NCBI GenBank assembly: GCA_051294375.1
Contig: JBJCIZ010000028.1
Location: forward strand, 1,487,576-1,551,575
Origin: Paraspadella gotoi
Lineage: Eukaryota > Animalia > Chaetognatha
Reading direction: 5' to 3'
DNA: 64,000 nt
Made by a program: the position numbers and the translations under genes. Shown here piece after piece: positions 23,741 through 36,509 of the stretch. The first letter of the stretch is position 1; each line of letters opens with the position of its first letter. The notes beneath the pieces were generated by a model. The model worked only from the letters and a program-made list of their open reading frames with translations, had not been told where the DNA came from and ran no database searches.

Positions 23741-25460
23741 ACCGAGAGAGAGATTTTGACATCGACGGGAATGATTTTTGTGTCATTCCCGCCTCCGCAA
23801 AACTGCCATCCGCTCCTTAATACACGGGGACATAATTTGGTCAAAAGTGACGAATTTATCATTTTTTAACTCTGCCTTTTTCAGATAAACATTTTTAATT
23901 AATTCGACTAAAATTGAGAATAAGAAGTAAAAACTTTCTCGGATGTTCATTTATCTTCCCTTCCCCTCTTCTCATTTCCGCCCTCTCTCGTCTCCCGCCT
24001 GCAACTCTCTCTCCCTCGCCGCCGCCGCCTCCGCCGCCGCAGCCTAAAACCAAAAACTTCCGTCCTCCTTTGGAACTCCTCAGGCTCAGGCCCTCTGGCT
24101 CTCTGGTTTCGTACCCTGGACCCAACCTTTTTTTTTTATACATCGCTCTTTTATCAAGGATCGCGAGACGTCGAATCCTTCGCCACGTGGCCACGCCCAT
24201 CGAAAAGGGTAAGCTCGTCGTCACGAGTTACATTTCAAGATGTTAACCTCAAATTTTCAATTAAAAAAAAAACAGTAATCGATGGATATTTGTTGAAAAA
24301 AAAAGTCAGCGGCCGCGACAGCCGCCTCAGCCGCGGCGGCGGCCTCGACTGGCCTTTCGTTAATGTTTAAGAATGACGTCGTTGACGTGGAAACGTTCCC
24401 GGCGACGCTATTCGCCCTTTCTCTTCTCCCTCGCCGTTGATTGGCCGAGGAGGAAGGGATAAGAATGTCTGGGGGTTATAAATCTCTTCGAATTACATCT
24501 ATTGTGAACTGTTATTTCTCTTTTTTTAAAGTTTGATGATACTTGGTTATTGTTTTGAAAGAATAAGCATCGTCTCTGTTCGATACACGATTTATAAATA
24601 ATATTAAATTCCATTTTGGATCAAAATTCTTCAAAAAGACTCGAATTTTCGTCGATTCACGATTTTTCGTTTTTCCTGTTTTCTGTTTTCTGTTTTCTGT
24701 TTTGATTGATCGATTGTTTTGGAGATTTGAGTTACTTTCTCTTTTTTGCATTCGAACTGTAATTCGCTGTGAAAGGAGGGACTGTTGAATGTTGGCATTC
24801 TAATCTAAATGTTGGTACTGCGGTTGTAATGCACGCCATCATACTAAAACGATAACCTCTTGGGAAAAAAAAGTCTATCGCATAGTTTTAAATCGATCCC
24901 ATGTGATAAAAGTTATTGTCTCTCGTTCATGTCCTAACTTTTTCCTTTTATTTTCTTAAGTTGACCTTCATTCAAAATTTGACTTTCCGAAAGTCATGGT
25001 TAACTTACCTTTTTGTATTTTTTCCCGTGTCTCTCTCTGTTCCACTCGTTTGTTTAATATTTACATTACTGCTTCTTTCAAAACTATCTTAAGGGATTTT
25101 TAATTATATTTATTCTTCTGGGGTGTAAAAACTTTTATCGTTATCAAAATGTTTTTCGAAAAAATCTGAGGCATAAATCACAATTTTTGTATTTGTTTTC
25201 AATCCATAGCAAAAAAAAGATGAGAACGGAGTGAAATCCCCGTCCTCTTTGGCCATAAAACTTTTATCGTAATACATTTAATTAAATCCAAATCGGTTAA
25301 AGAAAGAAACCGAGGTTCCCCCCTCCTCCTCGCCTCACGCCCGGGTTGTTTCTATTTCAAATTTCATTATGTGCAAATCGTCTTCAAATTTTGATTCCAT
25401 CTCTTTTCGTCTTCGTCTTCGTCTTCGCCCTGGGTCGCGGCATCGCTCCCTGCCAGATTG

Positions 25461-25464
<4 letters not shown>

Positions 25465-25498
<34 letters not shown>

Positions 25499-25522
25499 TC
25501 TTCCTCTTTTCTCTCTCTCTTT

Positions 25523-25574
<52 letters not shown>

Positions 25575-25609
25575 TCTTTTTTGGCAGTTTGTCTTTACTT
25601 TGGGCCTCA

Positions 25610-25684
<75 letters not shown>

Positions 25685-25774
25685 CTGCTGCAGTGGCTCG
25701 CTTCCGAAAAAAAAGATAAGCGTAAATAGGCTAGAGAGAGAGCGAAAAAAGAGAGGGGAAAAATCGACAAATAT

Positions 25775-25812
<38 letters not shown>
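25465..25812. repeat. Cluster of (CT)n and (GA)n microsatellites
   Basis: Long CT tract followed by a long GA tract and another CT tract. Similar tracts occur at 4452, 35384, 39063, 46500, 52000 and 52650. Confidence 0.9.
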
Positions 25813-25814
<2 letters not shown>

Positions 25815-27279
25815 CCTCCTTTTTTTCACGGGAAATCTCGCGCTTAATCTTCAATCTCTTTTTCCTCTTTTTTCTTGATTTATATTTAAAGTCGCTGAAT
25901 ACATTTTCCGCTTTTTTATTTTTTTAAAGAACGACAAATCGTTGAATCGCCTTTGTTCTTAAAACTCGATTTTCTTTGTTCTTCGAACTCGATCCCTTTC
26001 AAAGTTTCTCGAGTCGCCAATAAATATCGCAACCGGTGGCTGCGCCTCTTTTTTATTCTATGCCAGATCTTGAGATAAAATTTGGATATTTGAGATTTTA
26101 TTTTGATAAATATGTTTCTTTGGTTTTAATTGTTGTAAGTGCTATTAATTTAAAATTAATTTTAACGATATTGTACATCCTGAAATGGCTAATGTGTATA
26201 TATATATATAATATTATAAATATTATCTAAAAATTTATTTGTTATTTTGCCCCTTATATCCGAAATCTGTTTTTAGCGCTATTGTTAATATTAAAAAATG
26301 AAACTTAATAATAAAATAAAAATTTAAAAACCCCAAACTTTAGCCATAAAAAGTGAATCGCTACTCGGGCCTCGCTATTATAGCTTCGCAGGATTCTAAA
26401 TGTCTCACTGAAATTTCAACGAAAAAACTGAAAAAAAAAAAATCAAATCAAAAGTTTGATCAGAAAAAAAAGGTTATAACAAAAAAGAGAAAACATTAAA
26501 ACCAAGTGGGCTGGAATCTGTGGCTTCAGATTCATTGGCATTTTACCTTAAAAAGAAAAAAAGAAGAAAATCGCCAAAGGCCCAACGCAATAATCGAGAA
26601 AGAGTTTTGATCAAAAAAAAAGAAAAGAAAAACCCAGTCGACGTTTCCCTAATTTGTCATTTGCTCGATGTCTAATTTGTCATTTGGGACCCGTTCGTCA
26701 TTTTGTCGTTGTTAGACTATCGGTGGTAAGGAAAGAAGCCCTACCTCCGCGGGTGAGGGACTCGAGAGATTAAGTCTCCAACTTTTTGTGTAGCGACTTC
26801 GGTTTTTAGACAAAGATCCAATCAGCGACGACGCTGGAGATCGTTCCACCAATCAAAATCCTTCTCTTTCCCTTGGAATCCTTTAAGATTGATGGCCTGT
26901 CTTCACACCCCCCCCCATTTTCCTAAACCCGGAGCCTTTGGAAAAAAAAGTTTTCGTCCTTTTTTGACTGAATCGTATTGAGGTTGAGGGGAAAGCTTTT
27001 GATCGATCTGAGATGTATTCCGCCTCAAATTTATTATAGAATTAAGGTTTTTTTTTATTGGACCAAAATTCCTGGGATTTTTCAGACAAAGTTTTTGATG
27101 CTTACTTGAAACTGACTCGCTTTGGATTTCCTTTTTAAAAGTGTATTTCATTTATCGCAATGCGTTTGTTTTTATTCTACCAGTAATAAGATGTCTTCCG
27201 TGTACCGTCTTTTCCTGAAATTTCCCTTTCCTCATAAATTTACATTTCACTTATAATTATTTCTTTTTTTTCTATAATT

Positions 27280-27440
27280 TATCTTGCCCCTGACTTAGGA
27301 CAGGTTATGGTGGGTTAATGCCCTCCATCCCTCGCATAGCAGAACCTTGGTGGGACCCTGCAATCTTTCAATCTAAACTCTCTCACAGTCCGGTTTATTT
27401 CCAAGAGCACCTGGCTTTCCTTTCGATGAAGTGGTATAAT
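27280..27440. repeat. Dispersed repeat, diverged copy
   Basis: tcttgcccctgacttaggacagg...ccctgcaatctttcaatctaaactctctcacagtcc...acctggctt..gatgaagtggt matches 4880-5040. Confidence 0.7.
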
Positions 27441-28447
27441 TTTCCTATGAAATGTTTTAATAGTGTAAACTCCCTTAGAATAAGTGCAGGGTATACTGTT
27501 ATAAATATAATCCGTACTAACATTGAGTTTTAAATAAAATATCAGCATTGAGTTGATTTCAAAGTTTTTTGTTGGACTTCAAGCAAAAAGTCTTCAACAA
27601 GAGAAAAAAAATCTCAAATTGGCAGCTGAAAAACATTCGGTCCGAGTTCATCAACTCACGTTTTTGGCACAAAGATTAGCCAGAGTTCGAGGAATCCCTC
27701 GGTTTGAGAGTCTTTTGTTTGTATAGTGTAATTCTTTTCTTGTCTTTAAAATTGTCCCCCAGAGAGGCGCTGGTAAATTGGGTTATATCGACGTAATTGA
27801 TGAAATGTTTTAACGACTCGAGCGCGAAAGATGAAATAAAAAGAGGGCCACCAAGATTAGTTAAAAAAGAAGAGGACCAGTGGCCGAGGTCGATTGATGT
27901 TATCAGTTTTTGTTTAAATTGGTTAATTAAAATTTTAATTATATAATAAATTTTAAATTGTTTTTTAAATTTAAAAAGTAATTAAAAATCAGACTTAATA
28001 TTTGATATGGTAGAATTATTTTTATTTATTATGAATATTGTCGCATAACACTCTCACTTTTGTATATTTTTAAAAACTACAAAAATTTTTAATATGCATT
28101 TTTAAAAAAATTAGTCTTAATAGTAAATCGTATTTTCTTTTAAGAATCGATCGATCATTTTTCATTAAATCAAACAAAAAAAAAACCAAAAAAAAAAGAA
28201 AAATCGGAAATTTCGTCTCTTGAATCAATTTTTCTCTTTTCGACGTCGCGAGGATTAAATTTATGTCCAGCGAAACTCGACGAAATCGACTCCTTTCATT
28301 CTTCTATCCTATTTTTCTATCTTTTAAGGTCAAGAAAACTAGATTCTATTTTCTTTCTTTCTTTCTTTCTCTTTCTTTCTTTTTTCTCTTTTTATTTTTT
28401 TATTTTTTTCTCTTTTTCTCTTTTTCTCTTTTTTTTTTCCTCTTTTC

Positions 28448-28479
<32 letters not shown>

Positions 28480-31400
28480 ACTTTATTTCTCTTTATTTCT
28501 TTTTCTTTATTTCTCTCTTTCTCTTTTTCTTTTTCTTTCTCTCTCTCTCTCTTTCTTTTCTTTCTTTCATTCTCTCACTCTGCTTTCCTCCGATTAATAG
28601 GTTCCCCTCCCGTCCCCATTGTTCGCTGCCCTCACCCCCCCCTCTCACCCCCCCCTCTCACGGTCGACTTTTGTCCCTCTGTCCTCTCTACTGTCCCCAT
28701 CTCTCTCTCGCTCTCGCTCTCTCTTCCACTGTCCCCTTCGCTATCTCCTGCCCATCTATTATTCCTTCGTGACCACCGATCTTTTGTTCTCTCTTTCTCC
28801 CCGTTGACCACGAGTTTGTCTCTCTCTCTCTTTCTCGGTCGACGGCCTCCGGTGGGGCATTTCCCGTCCTCAGAAATCTCAATGACAATGAAGATCGAGC
28901 CAAATGGAAGAGAATTGTAGTTCGGGAAACGTCAATTGTAACAAAAAAAATGCGGTGACTCAACTGACGAAAAAAATGTAAAGAAAATGTATACACTAAG
29001 CATATTACGTCCAGAGTTTCATTTTGGGAAAAGTATAGATGTATAGATGTATAGTATAGATGCTCCCTCTATTTCCAGAAGACAACACTAACTTCCCCTT
29101 CCCAAATTGAATTATTAGATAAATAAAACATTTTTAAGAAAGAAAGCAATATATATTTGATTAAATAATAAGATTAAATAATAAATCCTTCATAAAATAT
29201 AAAAATAGAAAATAGTGAAACAAGTAATTTGCAAATTTTCATAGAACGGAAAAGAAACTTTAAAAGAAGATAATAATTTCGAAAGAAATCTAACTGTTAA
29301 TTCACTTTCATAGCCTCACGATAATTAACGATTAATTCTCATGTCGAATGTTGTTAAATTATTCTTTCTTTCTCCATTCATATTTTTCTGACTCGCTATA
29401 AAAGAAATTCACTGTGGAAATAAGAAATAAAGGAATCCGCTGTACTCGATTCAACTTCGCTTTCGATTTTTCGAGTTGGATGAGGAAGAAGAGGAAGAGG
29501 AGGAAGAGGAGCAAGGGGGGAGGAGGAGCGAGCCAGGAGGGGGAGGAGATTCGAGGCTAATAATTCCTTCTCTTCTCTCGATCTCACAAAAGAGTTGGGA
29601 GTCTTCAGCGCAGTGATCTTCCTTCGCTTTGGCGCTCGTTATCCCGCGGAATCGGGGGTGGAGGCTTTTGGGGGGGGGACCGAGGCTGTGGGCCTCCCCC
29701 CCCCCAATACCTACGGGGTCGGTTCCTCGGTGTCCGCTTTTTCCATTGGGAGAAATAACAACAAAAACAATTTTCTTAATGTCGCCGACGATCGTTTTGT
29801 CAGACACGGAAAAAGATCCTTCGTTTGATTCTCGCGCGTGAAATTGATTTCCGTTTTTTTTTTCTGAAAAAAAAATATCTGAAGTTTATAAAATTCTTTT
29901 GATTTTTCTCTCGGTCTTTTTTGGGGGGGTGTTGCTGGGGGCGGAGTGGCTGGGGGGGAGATATTCGATCGTCGATGTTCTTATAAAATGCGTTACAGGA
30001 AAACGAGAGAGAGAGAGAGAGAGAGAGAGAGGAAGGAGGGAAAAACGTGTATTCTGGGAAAGCTAAGCAAACACAAGGCTGCCAAAGAGAAAGGAGAGAA
30101 AAGAGGTCGAGAAGGCGAGAGAGAGAGAGAGAGAAAGAAAGAAAGAAAATAGTTGATCCGGTAGCAAGCAGCACCTCCTCCAAAACACAATTTGGGACTA
30201 GAGAGATAATCTGAAATACTTAAATACTCCTGATTCGATCCTTGGATCGAAAAAAGCGAGAGAGAATGAGAGAGAGAGAGAGAGAACGAGAACCACCACC
30301 TATGTTTTTTCTGGAGTTTTATTCTCAAGAAAATCCACTAAATCAGACATGTACCCTTTATACAAGGAAAATGTCACGAATAAAGCCGTTTTAAGCGGAG
30401 CTATTAAAAGTATTTCCTAAATGCAGAAAGAGAGAGAGAGAGATTTTCTGTGTGGTAGTGGTGTGTTTGTGCGCTGTATTAAACTCCTCCTCCTCTTAAA
30501 CTCATCGAGAATTCAGTCTCTCTCTCTCTCTGCGCCTGGCCTCCCGAGTTCCGAATCCCCGAGTCTTTAATGTCGGCGGAGCGAGAGAGAGAGAGCGAGT
30601 GAGAGAGAGCGAGATCTTCTCTTTCTCTCTGCCCTCCACCGCATCCACCGCAAAGGCCGGCCTCGTCCTTTCGGCTTTATTATAGTTGCTATTTCAAAGT
30701 AACTCCCGTTGCCTTACAAGTTTACGGCCGAGGCGTTAAGTCGAGAAACGGCGCGCGATCGAGAGTGAGAGAGAGAGATAGGAAGAGAGAGAGAAAAAGA
30801 GGGGCCCCACGCTAGATTTAAAAAAAGAGAGAGAGAATAAAAAATCCCGTCCAGGAAGAAAAATCGATATTTCTGTATCTTTTGACGCATCGAGCGGCTT
30901 TTACTGTACTTTGCCTACTCGATTCAAATTATTTTTCATTAAAAAAAGACTAAACTCGGTTTATTGTATCCTGAATAAATGGACCCAGGATTTAGCGTCT
31001 GTTTTTCATTCAAATTGTTTTGTGGGCGGACGAGAATTCGAAATAAGACTTGAAGATGTTAAACATTTTCAGACAAAAAAGATTTTATTTTGATTGGCAA
31101 ACAACCGGGCATTTTTTTATTTTTTACTGAGTACACGCGGTCTGAGTATGTTTTTTTTTTGTCTTGGGATTTCGTATTGAACTGCATGTGGAGAAATAAT
31201 AAGTAAGGAAAAACGTAAAATTATAAAAAGTTGCTATCCTTATGCTTGGGAAGTTTCTCACGTTGACAAGGAAGGCAAATACTTTAGAAAGTAATTAAAC
31301 TGGACTGTTAGTCTGTGATAAAAGCTTTGCTATGAATGTTCATTTCTTGTACTTAGGTTTAATCATTGAGCCATTTAACTATCCTTGCTTTTAATAGGCT

Positions 31401-34400
31401 ATAAAAATAGTAAAAAGCAATGCTCTTTTTAAGTTATCAATGTTTTAAAAAGAGGGCTCTTTGAGGTGGGTCTTATCTCTTGGGCCTCCCTCCAATATTC
31501 CTTCGATTTTGTAGTCTATCGTGGATAAAAAAAAAACCTGAAAGTTGGAAGGAGAATCGAGTGAGAAAATTCTCTACCAAAACAAATATTCATTTCTTTT
31601 GTTTCAGTTTAAGAATAAAATTTATCTTTCCCGACTGAACATATTTCGTTGGCCGCCTTTCTCCCCCCCCAGTTCTTGATTTTTTTAGGGGAATTTAAGT
31701 TGGAAATGAGCGTCTCAAGTCGGAAAAGATTTACATTTAAAATTTGCTATCAATGTGTATTTAAAGATGGGACAAATCGATATTAAACGTTCAGCCTTAA
31801 ACCCCAGTAGAGGCGTGTTCGGCCAACAAATCCTGTCAACACGAAAAACACGGCTAATTTCTCGATCTCGTTTAGATAGAGAGAGAGAGAGTAGAACAGT
31901 TATAATCCTCGGGCCTCTGGTCTCGTTATTTGTCCTCCCATAATCCCATTTTGTGGCCAGTCTCTCTCTCTCTCTCTCTGGGCTACTCGGGGACCACTTT
32001 GCGGCCGGGGCGGAGTCGTCCTCTAATTCTCTCCACGACACGATTCCTTCTTTTTCTTTTAATCTCCTCCATCGATCAGAATTCTCTTCCGACTTTTTTG
32101 AGTGGATTAAATAATATTTAATCCACTCAAAAAAAAATAAATATTTGTTGCTGGGGATTTTTCTTCTCTCCTTCACCTTTCTCTCGACCTTTCTCTTCCT
32201 TTACTGTCTTTTCAGCTGGTTTTTTCCCGGGGGTTTTGTTTTTTGAGAGATTAAATAGGTTTTTTAATTTTTTTAAAAGTTTTCTGTTCCTGTTTAAAAT
32301 GACTATATTCTTGTCTTTATTTTGGAATCGTTTTCGTAATCAACGATCATCAATTTTCGACTTTCAGCGATTATGAATCGATCATTGGGCCTCATTGGGC
32401 CTCTCTTTTGAAATCACTGGCCATTTGATTTCACTCTTAGTCTCACCGAAAAATCGAAACCAAACAAATAGAGAAACAACTTCAACTCTCTCACACACAC
32501 AAAATCACTCCCCATAGAATTTTGATTTTTCTCTCGTGGGTTTTGTTGTTGTTGTTGTTGTTATTCTCTCATGGGCCGAATCGAAGATCGCGGCGGCGCC
32601 GTAGTTTTTTTTTCTTTCTTTTTCTTTGGGCGGAAGGAAGATTTTTTTGTGTTTTTGTTCTGGCGACGTCGGCGTGGGAAGTCTCTCTCTCTCTCTCTCT
32701 CTCCCCGACGAGAGGTTTGCGTCGTCGTCGTCGTCGTCCTCTTTGGCGCGCGCCGAAACGTCTCCCTCTCGCGCGGGAATCTCCTTTGAAGGAAAATTTA
32801 CGGTCGTAACTCGCGAGTAGCGGATGTTTTGGTGGGAGGAGATAGAGGGGGGAGGAGAGATAGAGAGAGAGAGATCGGCAGAGAAAGAGAGCTCGTAGCT
32901 GTCAATTTTTTTTCTTTGCTTTTAATAATTAGAGCGAAATAGAGACGTTTTTCGCACCTCGTTCGCCGATTGGGGTTCGCCTCTTTTGAAGCTGCGAGAT
33001 TAATTATCATGGGTACAAAAGTTTTGTTTTTCTTTGGTATTATTTGGGGTCTCAACGCTACAGTTTTGACTAAAACTTAACAGAGTAAGATTTAAGGCTT
33101 TTACTTATTAAAGTGTACTTTTCAAAATTAAACTTTTAAAGCTTTATTATAATCTTTAAGGAAAAAAAAAATTAAAAAGGAACCAGAATTTTTTTTTCTT
33201 CCATTTTTATCCCGTCCCTTTTTCTCGCTAAAAAAAAACAGCTGTTTTAAAATAGTTGATAATTTGGCTTTAATCTCTTCCACGTTTCTCGAGTTTGGGT
33301 GCAAAAAAGAAGGAGGAGGAGCGATTCTCTCTCTCTCTCTCTGTCGTCGCCCGGCCGAGATGCGTCGCCCGCTCATGCGTCTCTGCCTTTCAAAGATCCT
33401 GAATCCCAGACCACCTGAAATAAAAATAAAAGATTAGGACGCAACCGAAAAAGTGAGCCGGTGTGCGGAAATTCTCGGCGGTGCGGGAAAAAAAACCGGG
33501 CGATCACTACGGTGCTAGAATAATAAAATCATTCGCCCACTACTATGCCAGGGAAAGAGAATCATGTTCTTCACTGCTTGAGTTTTGTTTTGTATTGTTA
33601 GATTAACAAAATGCATTTCCATCGCGCATCCACTCTCAGGGACGTTTCAGCATGTGTACACTTTTGTACGAGATAAAAAACAAATATTCTAAATATTTCA
33701 AAACTTTAGCAGTTGGGCTAGACCGATAGATAGCCTGGTCTGTAAAGTTTCAAGAAAAAGATGAAAATATAATTAAACAGTATAAAATAATGAAGATAAT
33801 GTTAACAATGAGTAACACTTTCCTCCGAAATCATCTCGCACCCCGCGTCGTTGTAAAATTCGGTGACTGAAGATCAGATCCTCCAACCCAATCGACGATC
33901 ATCTCTGAATCATCTCGACTCGAAAATTTCCTGTTTGAGTCGAACCACCAAAGTTGTCCTCTTAAACTCTCGCCTTTTTACAATCTCGAGACCTCGTCGC
34001 TCTAGCCCGTTTTTACAGCCGGCAATTATCTTGTTAATGATGGGTTTTCTTTGCTGTTCAATGTTCAGATTCTCGATTGAGGGAGCGGGCTAACTGTTTT
34101 TGAGCAGTGTTTCTTCACAGTCCTTTTTTTTTCATGCTGGGAGAGCAAGATTTTTTCACGGCTTTTTTTTTTTTATGGCACGTTTCTTCTATTCTTTTTG
34201 TCACGAACAAAATGGGTTCCCCCATCTTGAAACTCCATTCATTTCTTATCCTTAAATTTATTCGTTGAAACAACGTCATTGTTAAGAGACCACACCTCGA
34301 TCATTGACGCTTTTGTTGCACAATAAACATCTCTGAATAGAGTCATCCGTATATCGTATATCGTGGGGCATTTTTGTTTATCCCACGCATTCATCGGCTT

Positions 34401-35382
34401 TTGTTGTTGTCGAAGCAAAGAAATTTTCATGTTTCTTTTTTGTTTCGTTGGACTTTATTGTTTTCAATATTTCTGTGTTCCTTTTTCTCTCCCCAACAGA
34501 TCAATTCGCGGTCATCAATTTCATCTTTAAAAACAAACATTTCTTTTTCCGCAAAAAAAAGACTTCTACCTCCAGAAAAGAATACCGCCTGATCCTCTCC
34601 AATAAAATCCATTCCTCTCCCGAAAATACAGAGCGATTCCCATCAAATCACATCCAACAACAAAAAAATGCGGTCTCGATTCTCTGCGTTTCTTTTCTCG
34701 AGACACACATACGACGTAACCGACTCACACACAACTCCTCAAAACAAACTGCTTCGCGCTCTCAGCTTCGCTCGTTAGTTGTCGATCTAGGTTAAGATAT
34801 GCTCCCTCTCCTGGTAACGAGGCACGGCGTCCGGAGAAGAAGGAAGGAGAGGAGAAAATAACTGTGAGGAGAAGGAGAAGAGGAGAAAATAACTGTGGGG
34901 AGAGAAGGAGAGGAGCGAAGTAAAAGAAGAAAAAATTAATAAGGAAATGAAGAGAGAACTCTAAGATTGGAGAAGGAAGAGGAGGAGTGGAAATCCTAGG
35001 ATCGCCGGCCGAGTTAGTAGTGGTTTCTCTTTTTTTTTTTGTGGGGAATAGAGAGCGAGAGAGAGAAGGACAGAGAAGGAGACGAACCAAAAAAAAAGGA
35101 AAATTTCCTCACGAAGAAAAAAAAATTCGATCGCGGAATAAAAAAAAGACTCGGATAGAGAGCGAGACGAAAAACGGGGGTGGAGCAGATTCGATCCCGA
35201 ATATCCATTTGACAGGGGATCCGGAGCGGAGAAAGAAAGGAAGGAACTCTCTCTCTCTCTGTTACTCTCTCTCTCTGTTTCGCTCGGAGCCAGAGCTGAG
35301 AGAGAGAGAGAGCCTGGACTTGTTCTCGCGTTAGGCTTCAACCCACTCGATTTCTCTCTTTCGCATTCAGCCAACTTTCGAT

Positions 35383-35455
<73 letters not shown>

Positions 35456-36509
35456 CTTCCCCGAATTGTTTGGCGAGTGAACTATTCGCGTCGGGAACCG
35501 AGAAGGGGCTGGCCTTCCATTATGTTTGCGGCGGCGGCGGCGGCGGCGGAGTCGGCGAATTCCATTCTCACCCTGAAAGAGAGAGAGAAAGAGAACGGCC
35601 GCTGGCCCCAAACGGATCAGAGCCCTGCCCCGTCCCGAGTTCCTCCTCCCCCTACGGCTCATATCCTAATCGCCGTCGATGACCGACAACGCGATACCGA
35701 CAGATCGACCTCGCGACCGACAACGCGATACCGACATATTCACCTCGCGACCGACAAGAGACAAAAAAAATCACAACTTTTATTCTTTTTGGTTTTTTAT
35801 TCTATTGATCAACAAAACTCACCGCTTCTTTTTAATTTTTTCATGTTTCGTGTGAAAAAGGAAAACAACCAAAACAAATGAAAAAAAACATAATCAAATG
35901 TCTCTGTCACAACCGAAATGATAACCGAACGATCAAGAAAAAGTGATACTTTTCGCCAAATAAAAAAAAAAGCCTTAAAATAAAACCAATGCCTTAAATA
36001 AAGAAGAAACCTCATGAAAAAAAGAAGCGGAAGTGCTCCCTCTCAAATCGAATCCACACACACAAAAAAGCCTCTTATTGTTGATAAATCGTTTTGTTTT
36101 TTTTTTTTTAAATCGGTTCCGTCGTTTTGAATCCTTCGCCGGATTATCACTCCACACACACACAGTGCCTCATCACACAGCCTTTATTAATTCGTTTTTT
36201 TTTAAATCGGAAAGTTCTCGGAATCGTGGTACATTTTTCTTTTCTAGCGCTCTTTCGAAAATCGAGCTACATCAATAGGATTATACGTGCGACGTCGAGG
36301 CTTTTTTAAAAAAAAAAGAAGAATGAATATTTAGTCCGTCCGTCCATTCGTCGCGTTTTCCAGTTTTTAAATAATTTTAAAAGTGAATAGAAATTTACAA
36401 ATCGGATTAAAAAAAAATCGTTATGGATACCGATTAATAACGTCGCATCCACGCGCCACATATTAGCGTCTCTTACTTTTCCGTCGCGTTTTCTCTCCGC
36501 CTCTCAAAG

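Noticed and set aside
25346-25854. ORFs rich in SLSLSL or ERERER (also at about 28263, 34961, 46430 and 51910)
   Set aside because: Translations of (CT/GA)n microsatellites, not genes.
29595-29828. ORF ending ..DRFVRHGKRSFV, resembling an amidated neuropeptide precursor
   Set aside because: No in-frame ATG, no clear signal peptide or splice acceptor, and only one GKR site.
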